This document shows positions 1 through 9,669 of a stretch of DNA of 64,000 bases, piece after piece (position 1 is the stretch's first letter; each line of letters starts with the position of its first letter). The notes beneath the pieces were generated by a model that searched no databases, was not told the origin of the DNA, and saw nothing but the letters and a program-made list of their open reading frames with translations. Both the position numbers and the translations under genes were made by a program. The DNA is from Candidatus Omnitrophota bacterium. Its GTDB lineage: Bacteria > Omnitrophota > Gorgyraeia > Velamenicoccales > JABMQK01. Where the stretch lies: positions 710,032 to 774,031 of the forward strand of contig JAQTSV010000001.1 in the NCBI GenBank assembly GCA_028711115.1. Direction: 5' to 3'.

Positions 1-153
1 CTTAAATCTAATAATCCGCTTAATGTAATCAAGGCCACCATAGAGGGTTTGAGAAGTTTTAAGTCAGAAGCAAGAAATAGAAATTTAGAATTGGACAAAG
101 AATTGAAAGTAGACAAGGAGTTGACAGAAAGTGGTTCAGCAGACAAAGAATAA
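1..153 (+). CDS. rpsE: 30S ribosomal protein S5, C-terminal end (5' part lies outside the window)
   Basis: Frame 1 reads LKSNNPLNVIKATIEGLRSFKSEA...ADKE with TAA at 151-153. NPxNxxKAT is the conserved S5 C-terminus, and the fragment sits directly before rplO. Confidence 0.8.
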   Translation, partial: LKSNNPLNVIKATIEGLRSFKSEARNRNLELDKELKVDKELTESGSADKE

Positions 154-166
154 AAATCTTAGCAGT

Positions 167-619
167 ATGTATATAACCAATGTTCCTGCGCCGGTGGGTT
201 CTAACAAAAAGAAGAAATATTTAGGAAGAGGCGTAGGTTCCGGGCACGGCAAGACATCCACGCGCGGCCACAAAGGCCAGGGTGCGCGCGCAGGCAGGGA
301 TTTCAGACCGGGTTTTGAAGGCGGTTCCATGACTTTGCTCCGCCGTCTTCCCAAGAGAGGTTTTCGTTCGCGCTCAGATATAGATTATCAGATAGTAAAT
401 GTCGAACAGCTTAATCATTTCTCCAAAGGTTCCACTGTCACGGCGCTAAGTTTGAAAGAAGAAGGATTGATAAAAGATGAAAACGGGCTGGTCAAGTTAT
501 TAGGCGACGGAAAATTAAATAAAGCCCTTACTATAAAGGTAAATAAAGTTTCCCAGTCGGCAAAAAACAAGATAGCAGAATCCGGCTCGACATTGGAATT
601 AATTTCTGTAGATAAATAG
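167..619 (+). CDS. rplO: 50S ribosomal protein L15
   Basis: GRGVGSGHGKTSTRGHKGQ motif. The ORF-track start at 131 overlaps the S5 stop; ATG 167 (MYITNVPAP) gives the usual length. Confidence 0.93.
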   Translation: MYITNVPAPVGSNKKKKYLGRGVGSGHGKTSTRGHKGQGARAGRDFRPGFEGGSMTLLRRLPKRGFRSRSDIDYQIVNVEQLNHFSKGSTVTALSLKEEGLIKDENGLVKLLGDGKLNKALTIKVNKVSQSAKNKIAESGSTLELISVDK

Positions 620-1972
620 TTGTCTATGTTAACTGCGTTTTTAAATTCGTTTAAAATCCCCGACCTAAGAAAAAAGATCCTTTTTACGCTGGGGATGCTG
701 GTAATTTATAGGATAGGTTGTTATATCCCTACGCCCGGCATAGACGGTTCTGCCTTAAGTGATTTTTTTAACAGAATATCCCAGACGCAGGGCGGTACGC
801 TCTTTGGCATAATGAATATGTTTTCCGGTGGTGCTATGGAGAGACTTACTATTTTTGCCCTGGGAATTATGCCGTATATTTCCTGTTCCATTATTTTACA
901 GTTGCTTACTGCGGTAATTCCGGCGTTAGAGAAAATAGCCAAGGAAGGTAAGACCGGTCAGCAGAAGATAAATCAATATACCAGATACGGCACCGTCGGG
1001 CTTTCTATAATCCAGTCGTTCTTTATTGCATTATGGCTGGAAAATCCTGCGCGCTTTGAAGGTTTTCAAATAGTGACCAGCCCCGGATGGGGCTTTAGGA
1101 TAATCACCGTGCTGACGCTTACCACCGGAACAATCTTTATTATGTGGCTGGGGGAACAGATTCAGGAGCACGGCATAGGCAACGGCATTTCATTGGTTAT
1201 TACCGCGGGTATTATTTCGCGTATGCCGGCAGCCGGTTATCAGTTGTTTCTTTTGCTTTCGCCATTCTCGCCGGCAAAAAGCACATTAGAGCCGTATAAG
1301 ATAGCTATTATGGCGGTCTTGTTAGTGGGCGTGGTTTTAGCCGTTACCCTGGTGACACAGGCTCAGAGGAAAATTCCCGTGCAGTATGCGCGCCGTATTG
1401 TCGGCAGAAAGGTATACGGCGGACAGAGTACTTATCTGCCTCTTAAGGTAGATCAATCCGGAGTTATCGCCATTATTTTTGCACAGTCTTTAATTTTGTT
1501 TCCGGCGACTATAGCCTCTTTTATCCCGAATGCGGGTTTTCAGAGATTGGCTCAGTCTTTAATCCGGGGGCATTTTTTATACACTTTGGTTTATGCGCTT
1601 TTAATTATTTTCTTTTGTTATTTTTATACAGCCATAGTCTTTAATCCCGACGACATCTCGGAGAATATGAAGAAGTATGGAGGTTTTATTCCCGGCATTC
1701 GTCCCGGCATAAACACAGCGGAACACCTTGATTATGTAATGACGCGCATAACTTTGGCCGGGGCATTATTTATTGCCTTTATCGCCATATTTCCTGATTT
1801 TATTATGGCCTGGCTTAAGGTTCCTTATTTAGTGGCATCGTTTTTCGGAGGCACGGGTATTCTTATTATAGTCGGTGTTATGCTGGATACGATCAGACAG
1901 ATGGAGTCGCATCTTTTAATGCGCCACTATGAAGGTTTTATCAAGTCAGGAAAGATAAAAGGTCGCCGATGA
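620..1972 (+). CDS. secY: Preprotein translocase subunit SecY
   Basis: 450-aa polytopic protein with RIGCYIPTPGID and typical SecY helices, in spc-operon position. The start is TTG 620 or ATG 626. Confidence 0.95.
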   Translation: MSMLTAFLNSFKIPDLRKKILFTLGMLVIYRIGCYIPTPGIDGSALSDFFNRISQTQGGTLFGIMNMFSGGAMERLTIFALGIMPYISCSIILQLLTAVIPALEKIAKEGKTGQQKINQYTRYGTVGLSIIQSFFIALWLENPARFEGFQIVTSPGWGFRIITVLTLTTGTIFIMWLGEQIQEHGIGNGISLVITAGIISRMPAAGYQLFLLLSPFSPAKSTLEPYKIAIMAVLLVGVVLAVTLVTQAQRKIPVQYARRIVGRKVYGGQSTYLPLKVDQSGVIAIIFAQSLILFPATIASFIPNAGFQRLAQSLIRGHFLYTLVYALLIIFFCYFYTAIVFNPDDISENMKKYGGFIPGIRPGINTAEHLDYVMTRITLAGALFIAFIAIFPDFIMAWLKVPYLVASFFGGTGILIIVGVMLDTIRQMESHLLMRHYEGFIKSGKIKGRR

Positions 1973-2637
1973 TTTTAATTCTATTTGGACCTCCTGGTGC
2001 TGGTAAAGGAACGCAGGCAAAATTATTGAGCGATTATTTAAAGATTCCGCATATCTCCACAGGGGATATTTTGCGCCAGCACGTAAAAGACGGTTCTTTG
2101 TTAGGCAAAAAGGCAAAGGCTTATATGGATAAAGGAGAGCTGGTGCCCGATGCATTGGTAACGGATATGATTTTTGAGCGCATGCAGCGGCCGGATGCAA
2201 ACAAAGGTTTCATTTTAGACGGCTATCCGCGCAATCTCTCGCAGGCAGAGGCCCTCGACAAAAATATAAAAGATAAAAATAGCAGGATAGATTTGGCTTT
2301 ATATTTCCAGACCAGCAAAGACATAATCGTCAAGCGCCTTTCAGGAAGAAGGGTTTGCAGGAAGTGCGGCAGGAATTATCATCTGGTAAATATGCCGCCC
2401 AAAAAAGATATGATTTGCGATGATTGCGGCGCCGAGCTTTATCAAAGGGAAGACGACAAAGAAGAAACCGTAATCAACAGGTTAAATGTTTATTTGAAAC
2501 AGAGTACTCCTGTACTGGACTACTATAAAAAACAGAATAAATTACAGACAATAAACAGCGATTTTGCAGCAGAGGTGGTTTTTAAAGTCATAGAGGATAT
2601 TTTGGGAGCCAGAAAGAGCGCCGGTTCCAAGAAATAA
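1969..2637 (+). CDS. adk: Adenylate kinase with a zinc-lid
   Basis: P-loop GPPGAGKGTQ, lid CRKCG...CDDCG, and a 4-nt overlap with secY. Confidence 0.95.
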   Translation: MILILFGPPGAGKGTQAKLLSDYLKIPHISTGDILRQHVKDGSLLGKKAKAYMDKGELVPDALVTDMIFERMQRPDANKGFILDGYPRNLSQAEALDKNIKDKNSRIDLALYFQTSKDIIVKRLSGRRVCRKCGRNYHLVNMPPKKDMICDDCGAELYQREDDKEETVINRLNVYLKQSTPVLDYYKKQNKLQTINSDFAAEVVFKVIEDILGARKSAGSKK

Positions 2638-2641
2638 AGAT

Positions 2642-3388
2642 ATGATTAAGATAAAGACCAAAGAAGAGATTGATAAAATTGCCCAGGCAGGAAAAATCCT
2701 GGCTAAAATATCCAATACGTTAAAGAAGAGTATAAAACCCGGCATTACGACCGGCGAGTTAGACCAATTGGCGCAGAATGAATTTCAGAGATTTGATGTA
2801 GTTTCTGCTTTCAAGGGTTACCGCGGTTTTCCGGCGCATATTTGTTGCTCTGTAAATGAAGAAGTAGTGCACGGTATTCCCAACGGACGCAAATTGCAGG
2901 ACGGGGATTTATTAAGCATAGATTTAGGCATTAAATTAGATGGTTATTATGCCGACGCAGCATTTACTCAGGCAGTGGGCAACAAAATCAAACCCAACAT
3001 AAAAAAGCTTATAAATGTTACACGCCAGGCACTGTCTAAAGGAATTAATCAGGCCAGGATAAATAAGAGAATTTCCGATATCTCATCTGCCATACAGGGA
3101 TATGTGGAGTCGTCTGGTTTTTCGGTGGTGCGGGAATTTGTCGGCCACGGCATAGGCAGAGAGTTGCACGAAGAGCCGCAGATTCCTAATTTTGGCAAAC
3201 CCAATACCGGCGAATTAATTACAGAAGGAATGGTTTTTGCCATCGAGCCGATGGTAAATATGGGCTCCTGGCAGGTAGATATTCTGGAAAATGGATGGAC
3301 AGCAGTCACGAAAGATAAAATGCCTTCCTGTCATTTTGAGCATACTGTAGCCGTGCTTAAAGACGGGCCGGTTATTTTAACGCAATAG
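2642..3388 (+). CDS. map: Methionine aminopeptidase type I
   Basis: 248 aa with VVHGIP, DxGxxxDGYxxD and FVGHGIG motifs, in the operon position after adk. Confidence 0.94.
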   Translation: MIKIKTKEEIDKIAQAGKILAKISNTLKKSIKPGITTGELDQLAQNEFQRFDVVSAFKGYRGFPAHICCSVNEEVVHGIPNGRKLQDGDLLSIDLGIKLDGYYADAAFTQAVGNKIKPNIKKLINVTRQALSKGINQARINKRISDISSAIQGYVESSGFSVVREFVGHGIGRELHEEPQIPNFGKPNTGELITEGMVFAIEPMVNMGSWQVDILENGWTAVTKDKMPSCHFEHTVAVLKDGPVILTQ

Positions 3389-3406
3389 AGGTTTGCGGGT
3401 TTATTT

Positions 3407-3625
3407 ATGGCCAAAGAAGAAGCAATAGAGGTCGAAGGAGTAATAACAGAGACGTTGCCGAATGCGATGTTTCGGGTAGAACTGGATAACGGACACAAGG
3501 TATTGGCGCACGTATCAGGCAAGATGAGAATGAATTTTATCCGTATCCTTCCGGGGGACAGGGTAAAACTGGAATTATCTCCTTATGATTTAACCAGAGG
3601 TAGGATAACATACAGAAGCAAATAA
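3407..3625 (+). CDS. infA: Translation initiation factor IF-1
   Basis: 72 aa; [34 protein letters not shown] is canonical IF-1. Confidence 0.96.
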   Translation: MAKEEAIEVEGVITETLPNAMFRVELDNGHKVLAHVSGKMRMNFIRILPGDRVKLELSPYDLTRGRITYRSK

Positions 3626-3678
3626 AATTTAAACGCGAATATAATTTTTTTGATTGAGAATTAAAAAAGGAATCAAAA

Positions 3679-3792
3679 GTGAAAGTAAAAACTTCAGTAA
3701 AAAGAATATGCAGCAGTTGCAAAATCATAAAACGCAAGGGAGTTGTGAGAGTAATCTGTTCTGATCCCAAGCATAAGCAGAGACAGGGTTAA
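3679..3792 (+). CDS. rpmJ: 50S ribosomal protein L36 (absent from the ORF track because it is short)
   Basis: A GTG start gives [37 protein letters not shown] (translated by hand), the canonical L36 zinc-ribbon sequence, between infA and rpsM. Confidence 0.9.
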   Translation: MKVKTSVKRICSSCKIIKRKGVVRVICSDPKHKQRQG

Positions 3793-3817
3793 TTTCCAAA
3801 AGAGAGGTTAAGTAAAT

Positions 3818-4204
3818 ATGCCAAGAATATTGGGTGTAGATCTTCCTAACGAGAAAAGAATAGATGTTTCTTTGACCTATCTGTACGGCATAGGAAAAAA
3901 AGTCGCTTTGGACATTTTAAAGGATGCCCAAGTGGATCCTAAAAAAAGAGCCAAGGACTTGAAAGAAGAAGAGGTTGCTCACATAACCAACGCTATCCAG
4001 AAAAGCGGCAAGCGTCTGGAAGGAGATTTAAGAAGAGAAATATCCGCTAATATAAAACGGCTTATGGAGATAGGCTGTTACAGGGGTTTAAGGCACAAAA
4101 AGAATCTTCCTACAAGAGGCCAGAGGACGCGCACCAATGCCAGAACACGCAAAGGCCCCAGAAAGAACGTCAGCATCATAAAGAAGGTTGAGGAAGCAAA
4201 ATAG
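3818..4204 (+). CDS. rpsM: 30S ribosomal protein S13
   Basis: [26 protein letters not shown] is a canonical S13 N-terminus. Confidence 0.96.
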   Translation: MPRILGVDLPNEKRIDVSLTYLYGIGKKVALDILKDAQVDPKKRAKDLKEEEVAHITNAIQKSGKRLEGDLRREISANIKRLMEIGCYRGLRHKKNLPTRGQRTRTNARTRKGPRKNVSIIKKVEEAK

Positions 4205-4225
4205 TATTGGTAAGGAAAGGATATT

Positions 4226-4612
4226 ATGAATAAAAAGAAATCAAAGAAAAAGAAGGTATTTACCAATATCAGCAATGGTATAGTAAATATTTTAGCTACA
4301 TTTAATAATACCGTAGTTACAATTACCGATTTGAATGGGAATGTGGTTTGCTGGGCTACTCCGGGTATTGTGGGTTTCAGCGGATCAAAACGCTCCACGC
4401 CTTTTGCCGCGCAATTAGCAGCTACCAATGCCGCAAAAAAGGCTTTGGATTTAGGCATGCAGAATGTGGAGGTACGCGTCAAAGGTCCTGGCTCGGGGAG
4501 AGAATCGGCAATCCGGGCGATTCAGGCCGCAGGTTTGAATGTCAAGGTAATCAAAGATATAACTCCCATTCCTCATAATGGTTGCCGGCCTTCGAAGAGA
4601 CGAAGAGTGTAA
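4226..4612 (+). CDS. rpsK: 30S ribosomal protein S11
   Basis: [18 protein letters not shown]...[14 protein letters not shown] is the S11 signature. Confidence 0.96.
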   Translation: MNKKKSKKKKVFTNISNGIVNILATFNNTVVTITDLNGNVVCWATPGIVGFSGSKRSTPFAAQLAATNAAKKALDLGMQNVEVRVKGPGSGRESAIRAIQAAGLNVKVIKDITPIPHNGCRPSKRRRV

Positions 4613-4641
4613 CCATATGGGAAAGTGTTTAAGGAGGTTTA

Positions 4642-5268
4642 ATGGCTAGATATATAGGTTCAAGTTGCAGATTATGCCGTAGTGAAGGGATAAAAATGTT
4701 TTTAAAAGGCACGCGTTGTTATACCGATAAGTGCGCGCTCGCACGCCGGGCTTATTCTCCCGGCCAACATGGAAAAACCAAATCCAAGCTTTCCAACTAC
4801 GGTTTGCAGTTAAGGGAAAAGCAGAAAGTAAAACGCATGTACGGTGTTTTGGAAAGGCAGTTCCGCAGATACTTTGCCATTGCCTCAAAGTCCAAAGGCG
4901 TAACCGGCGAAATGTTATTGCAGCAATTAGAGCGCAGATTGGATAATGTGGTGTTGCGTTGCGGTTTTGCTGCTTCGCTTACCCAGGCAAGACAGATTGT
5001 GCGCCACGGTATGATCTCTGTAAATGATAAAAGGGTCAATATTCCTTCTTACAGCGTGGGCAAGGAAGAAATTATCACAGTAAAGAACAAAGAAAATATA
5101 CAGAAATTAATTAGGGCTAATGTGGAGATGACCAAAGATAGATCGGTGCCAAAATGGATAGAGGCAGATACGAGTAACTTGAAGGCAAAAATTCTGAGGC
5201 TTCCTGAAAGAGACGACATCGCCATGCCTGTCAAGGAACAGTTGATTGTAGAGTTATATTCCAAGTAA
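4642..5268 (+). CDS. rpsD: 30S ribosomal protein S4
   Basis: MARYIGSSCRLCRSEG zinc-type N-terminus followed by an S4 domain. Confidence 0.96.
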   Translation: MARYIGSSCRLCRSEGIKMFLKGTRCYTDKCALARRAYSPGQHGKTKSKLSNYGLQLREKQKVKRMYGVLERQFRRYFAIASKSKGVTGEMLLQQLERRLDNVVLRCGFAASLTQARQIVRHGMISVNDKRVNIPSYSVGKEEIITVKNKENIQKLIRANVEMTKDRSVPKWIEADTSNLKAKILRLPERDDIAMPVKEQLIVELYSK

Positions 5269-5409
5269 AGACAAGTGTTAATCCGGGATTTTCCGGATAT
5301 TCTCATAAATATTTAAGAAGTTTAACTTATGTTTATTTACCTGTGAGCTATACTTTAATACGATAAGTATAAGCGTCATGTGTAAGTAATTACTCATTGG
5401 AGGTAAAAG

Positions 5410-6402
5410 ATGGGAATTAAGTGGAGAGATTTTCAGCTTCCCAAGCGTTTGGAATGCGAGGAATCAACGCATACTCCTACCTATGCGAAGTTCATAGCTG
5501 AGCCGTTCGAAAGAGGTTTCGGCGTAACTTTGGGTAATTCTTTAAGGAGAGTGCTTTTGTCGTCTATCGAGGGAAGCGCGGTTACTTCTATAAAGATAGA
5601 AGGCGTTCTGCATGAGTTCTCTAGCCTGGACGGTGTTCTGGAAGATATGACTGATATCGTGCTTAATGTAAAGAATTTAGTCTTGCGCTCACATTCGCGC
5701 ACGCCCAAGACAATTTATATCAAAAAGGATAAACAGGGAGAAGTTACAGCAAGAGATATCATTACCGACGGGACAGTGGAAGTCTTAAATCCCGATTTGC
5801 ATATCCTGACAATCACCAAAAATAGAAAAATCAACATAGAGATGGAAGTCGGGCGAGGCAGGGGTTTTGTCCCCGCAGAAATGAATAAGAAAGAAGACCA
5901 GCCCATAGGGGCAATTCCCATAGATTCTATATTCTGTCCTGTCAAGAAAGTAAGTTTCCATGTGGAGAATACCAGGGTCGGCCAGCGCACAGATTACGAT
6001 AAACTGATTGTAGAGGTCTGGACCGCAGGAAGTATTGATCCCAAAGATGCCATGCTTTATTCGGCGAATATATTACAGAGGCACTTAGATGTATTCATGA
6101 ATTTAGGCCAGTTGCCTGAGGAGTACGAAGAAAAAGAAGAGATGTCACCTCAGGAAGAAGAGCTTTACGAAAAACTGAGACTGCCTATTTCAGAATTGGA
6201 GTTGTCTGTAAGAAGTTCAAACTGCTTAAGAGAAGCCAATATCAAGACAATCGCTGATTTGGTGAAGAGGACAGAAGCAGAAATGCTGGGTTTCCGTAAT
6301 TTCGGAAAGAAATCACTGACCGAAATAAAAGAACTGCTTGCAGGCATGAGTTTGTCTTTGGGAATGAAATTTGATTCCAAGAAACTTAAGAAAGAAGAAT
6401 AA
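5410..6402 (+). CDS. rpoA: DNA-directed RNA polymerase alpha subunit
   Basis: 330 aa; N-terminal domain FIAEPFERGFGVTLGNSLRRVLLSS and a C-terminal HhH domain LELSVRSSNCLREANI. Confidence 0.96.
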   Translation: MGIKWRDFQLPKRLECEESTHTPTYAKFIAEPFERGFGVTLGNSLRRVLLSSIEGSAVTSIKIEGVLHEFSSLDGVLEDMTDIVLNVKNLVLRSHSRTPKTIYIKKDKQGEVTARDIITDGTVEVLNPDLHILTITKNRKINIEMEVGRGRGFVPAEMNKKEDQPIGAIPIDSIFCPVKKVSFHVENTRVGQRTDYDKLIVEVWTAGSIDPKDAMLYSANILQRHLDVFMNLGQLPEEYEEKEEMSPQEEELYEKLRLPISELELSVRSSNCLREANIKTIADLVKRTEAEMLGFRNFGKKSLTEIKELLAGMSLSLGMKFDSKKLKKEE

Positions 6403-6438
6403 ACCAAGTTTAAAAGTCTGCAATTATAGAAAGGCAAC

Positions 6439-7140
6439 ATGAGACATAAAGTAAGGACAGACAGTTTTTCCCGTTTTTCTAGTTATCGCAAAGCCACTAT
6501 GAAGAGCATTGTGACTTCTGTCTTGGTTCACGAAAAAATTATTACTACTAAAGCCAAGGCAAAGAGCGCGCGCCGTTTAGTGGATAAGATGATAACTTTG
6601 GGTAAGAAGGCGACACTGGCTGCCAGGCGCAGGGCATTTTCTATATTATGCGACCACAGATTGGTAAAAACTCTTTTTGACCAGATTGCGCCGAAATTTG
6701 CCAATAGAGTCGGTGGTTATACCAGGATTATTCCTTATTATCATCAGCGTGGTGATAACGCCGAGATGGTAGTATTGGAATTAACTGAAAAGTATAAGGA
6801 GAAAAAGCCCGTAAAAGTGGTTAAGGAAGAGAAAGACAAACAGCCTGCCGCAGCAAAAAAAGAGCAGGGAGTTTCTAAAAAAGAAAAGCCAGCCAAAGCC
6901 AAAACAGAAATAAAAGAAGAAAAAAAGGCCCATGCCGAAATTAAAGAAACAGATAAGCCTAAAAAAGAAGATTTGGTTAAGTCTGAAACAGAAACAAAGC
7001 CGCAAGAGGAAGCCGTAAAGCCGGAACATCCGCATGCGCATCCCGAAGAAGAAAAGAAAAAGAAACCGGATGTAAAAGAACCCAAGAAATTTCTTAAAGG
7101 TTTCAAAGGTTTCTTCAGGAAAGAGAGAGAATCGTTATAG
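6439..7140 (+). CDS. rplQ: 50S ribosomal protein L17 with a ~115-aa Lys/Glu-rich C-terminal extension
   Basis: MRHKVRTDSFSRFSSYRKA...GGYTRII is the L17 core. The remainder is a low-complexity KE-rich tail. Confidence 0.9.
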   Translation: MRHKVRTDSFSRFSSYRKATMKSIVTSVLVHEKIITTKAKAKSARRLVDKMITLGKKATLAARRRAFSILCDHRLVKTLFDQIAPKFANRVGGYTRIIPYYHQRGDNAEMVVLELTEKYKEKKPVKVVKEEKDKQPAAAKKEQGVSKKEKPAKAKTEIKEEKKAHAEIKETDKPKKEDLVKSETETKPQEEAVKPEHPHAHPEEEKKKKPDVKEPKKFLKGFKGFFRKERESL

Positions 7141-7181
7141 TTAGTTAGATAATATTTATTCCCAAGCGGATAATAAATATA

Positions 7182-8375
7182 ATGGAAATAGCAAGTAGAG
7201 TCCAGGCAGTAAGTCCTTCCGCAACACTCCAGATTACCGCCCGTGCCAAGAGCATGCGAAAGTCCGGGATAGATGTAGTCAATTTTGGCGCTGGCGAGCC
7301 GGATTTTGATACTCCGCAACCCATCAAAGAAGCCGCAATAAAAGCCATAAACGAAGGTTTCACAAAATATACTCCTTCTTCTGGAATCTTGGAATTAAAG
7401 GAGAGAATCGCCCGCAAATTTAAAGAAGAAAATAAAATAGAATATTTGCCGGAGCAGATTATCATATCCTGCGGTGCAAAACACAGCATCTATAATTTAA
7501 TTCAGGTTTTAATCGACAAAGGCGATCAGGTAATCATTCCTTCTCCGTACTGGTTAAGCTATCCCGAGATGGTAAAGCTGGCACAGGGAAAACCCGTTAT
7601 TTTAGAAACCCGTCAGAAAGACGGCTTCAAGATAGATATTGAGAAATTAAAGAAAAAGATAAATGCGCATACAAAATTACTCATACTCAACAGCCCTTCC
7701 AATCCCGCGGGCATAGTTTATACTAAGGAAGAATTGCAGAAGATTGCCCAGGTTTGCGTAGAGAACAAACTGTTTGTGATTAGCGACGAGATATATGAAA
7801 AGATAATGTTCGATAATATAGAATTTAGTTCTTTGGCATCTCTGGGCAAAGAGATATACGATTTAACTTTGACAGTAAACGGGATGTCAAAATCTTTTTC
7901 CATGACGGGCTGGCGTATTGGTTACTTTGCCGGCCCCAAAGAAATAGTTTCCGCAGTCTCTAACTTCCAGGATCACTCTACATCATGCCCTTCTTCCATA
8001 AGCCAAAAGGCGGCTTTAGCAGCGTTTGATATGGACGCAGCTTATTATTCTTCGATAAGCGCCAAATTTCAGGAAAGAAGAGATTTCATCGTCTCTTATC
8101 TTAACGAGAAATTAAGCGAGTTCGTCAGTTTCGTCAAGCCCCAAGGCGCCTTTTATATTTTCATCAACGTCTCCAAGACAAAATTAAGTTCTTTGGATTT
8201 TGCAAAGAGGTTTCTTGAGGAATCCTACGTCGCTGTCATACCCGGCGAGCCATTCGGTTGTGATTCTTGGATACGCATAAGTTTTGCCACTTCCCTGGAA
8301 GAGATTAAAAAGGGTCTCCAGCGTCTGGAACTTTTTCTTATCAAATTAAAGACAGAAAGACTTACAAATTCCTAA
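7182..8375 (+). CDS. Class I/II PLP-dependent aminotransferase (aspartate aminotransferase-like)
   Basis: 397 aa; NSPSNPAG and the SKSFSMTGWRIGY PLP-lysine motif. Confidence 0.88.
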   Translation: MEIASRVQAVSPSATLQITARAKSMRKSGIDVVNFGAGEPDFDTPQPIKEAAIKAINEGFTKYTPSSGILELKERIARKFKEENKIEYLPEQIIISCGAKHSIYNLIQVLIDKGDQVIIPSPYWLSYPEMVKLAQGKPVILETRQKDGFKIDIEKLKKKINAHTKLLILNSPSNPAGIVYTKEELQKIAQVCVENKLFVISDEIYEKIMFDNIEFSSLASLGKEIYDLTLTVNGMSKSFSMTGWRIGYFAGPKEIVSAVSNFQDHSTSCPSSISQKAALAAFDMDAAYYSSISAKFQERRDFIVSYLNEKLSEFVSFVKPQGAFYIFINVSKTKLSSLDFAKRFLEESYVAVIPGEPFGCDSWIRISFATSLEEIKKGLQRLELFLIKLKTERLTNS

Positions 8376-8382
8376 ACTAGTT

Positions 8383-9633
8383 ATGTCAGCCAAGACAATT
8401 GCGGAAAAAATACTTTCTCTACACGCAGAGAAGGATTTAAAGGCAGGCGATTTTGCCATCTGCAGGATTGATTTTTGTTTTGGACAGGATGGCACCAGCG
8501 GAATTATTATCGACAGATTCAATCAGTTAGGCATTGATAAAGTTTTTGATAAAGATAAATTCGCCGTTGTCATAGACCATAATTCTCCCTCGCCAAACCA
8601 GGGCGTGGCCGCGGTCCATAAGAAACTCAGGGATTTCACAAAGAAATTAAATTTAAAACTATACGATATCGGTTGCGGCGTATGCCATCAGATTATTCCG
8701 GAGATGGGGCATGTACTTCCGGGTTACCTTGTGCTGGGAGCTGATTCCCATACCTGTACATACGGAGCCCTGGGCGCGTTATCTACCGGAGTCGGTTCAA
8801 CTGATTTAGCCATAAGTTTGGCCTGCGGCAAGAATTGGTTCAGGGTCCCCGAAAGCATTAAGATAATTGTAAAAGGAAAAATTCCCAAGGGAGTTTTTGC
8901 CAAAGATATTATCTTGTATATCATAAAAGATTTAAGAGCTGACGGCGCGACATATAAGTGCGTAGAATTTAGCGGTCCGGTAATTAGCGATTTAAATTTG
9001 GATGGAAGATTCACTATCTGTAATATGGCTGTTGAATTGGGTGCAAAATTCGGCGTTATGGAACCCGATGGAAAAGTCTACAATTTCTTAAAAGATAAGA
9101 CAAAGATTAAGTCCAAACCGCAGTTTTCCGACAAGAATGCAAGATACGCTCTTATAAAAGAATACGATATCTCCAAAATTTCTCCGCAGATTGCCAGGCC
9201 CCATACAGTGGATAATGTCTGTAACATAGAAGAGGTGGCCGGCACAACCATTAACCAGGCTTTTTTAGGCACCTGCACTAATGGCAGGCTGGAAGATTTA
9301 GAGATAGCAGCCAAAATGTTAAAAGGTAAGAGGATAAATCCTGACATTCGTTTTGTTATCGCCCCTGCATCAAAGAGTATTTATTTGCTTGCACTTAAAA
9401 AAGGATGGATTAGAATATTCATTGAAGCAGGCGCAGCCGTAGTGAACCCCGGATGCGGCCCTTGCGTAGGCACGCATCAGGGAATTCCCGCAGATAAAGA
9501 GGTTGTAATATCTACGGCCAACAGAAATTTCAAAGGCAGGATGGGAAATCCCAATGCCTTCATATATTTGGCATCTCCGGCTACAGTTGTGGCTTCGGCA
9601 TTGAAAGGTAAAATTGCTGATCCGAGAACTTAG
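8383..9633 (+). CDS. Aconitase-family dehydratase large subunit (LeuC/HacA type)
   Basis: 416 aa; DHNSP, GDSHT-like GADSHTC, GTCTNGR and CGPCVG cluster-ligand motifs. Confidence 0.88.
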   Translation: MSAKTIAEKILSLHAEKDLKAGDFAICRIDFCFGQDGTSGIIIDRFNQLGIDKVFDKDKFAVVIDHNSPSPNQGVAAVHKKLRDFTKKLNLKLYDIGCGVCHQIIPEMGHVLPGYLVLGADSHTCTYGALGALSTGVGSTDLAISLACGKNWFRVPESIKIIVKGKIPKGVFAKDIILYIIKDLRADGATYKCVEFSGPVISDLNLDGRFTICNMAVELGAKFGVMEPDGKVYNFLKDKTKIKSKPQFSDKNARYALIKEYDISKISPQIARPHTVDNVCNIEEVAGTTINQAFLGTCTNGRLEDLEIAAKMLKGKRINPDIRFVIAPASKSIYLLALKKGWIRIFIEAGAAVVNPGCGPCVGTHQGIPADKEVVISTANRNFKGRMGNPNAFIYLASPATVVASALKGKIADPRT

Positions 9634-9669
9634 CCAACGATCGTAGCCTTATTAAAAAAGGAGTTCAAT

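Noticed and set aside
131-166. Upstream extension of L15 (ORF-track start at 131)
   Set aside because: It would overlap the S5 stop and add a non-conserved MVQQTKNKNLSS. ATG 167 gives the canonical L15 N-terminus.
6744-7319. 191-aa and 86-aa minus-strand ORFs opposite the L17 tail
   Set aside because: They are mirror images of the purine-rich KE-coding repeat, with Phe/Ser/Cys-rich nonsense composition. The plus-strand L17 call explains the region.
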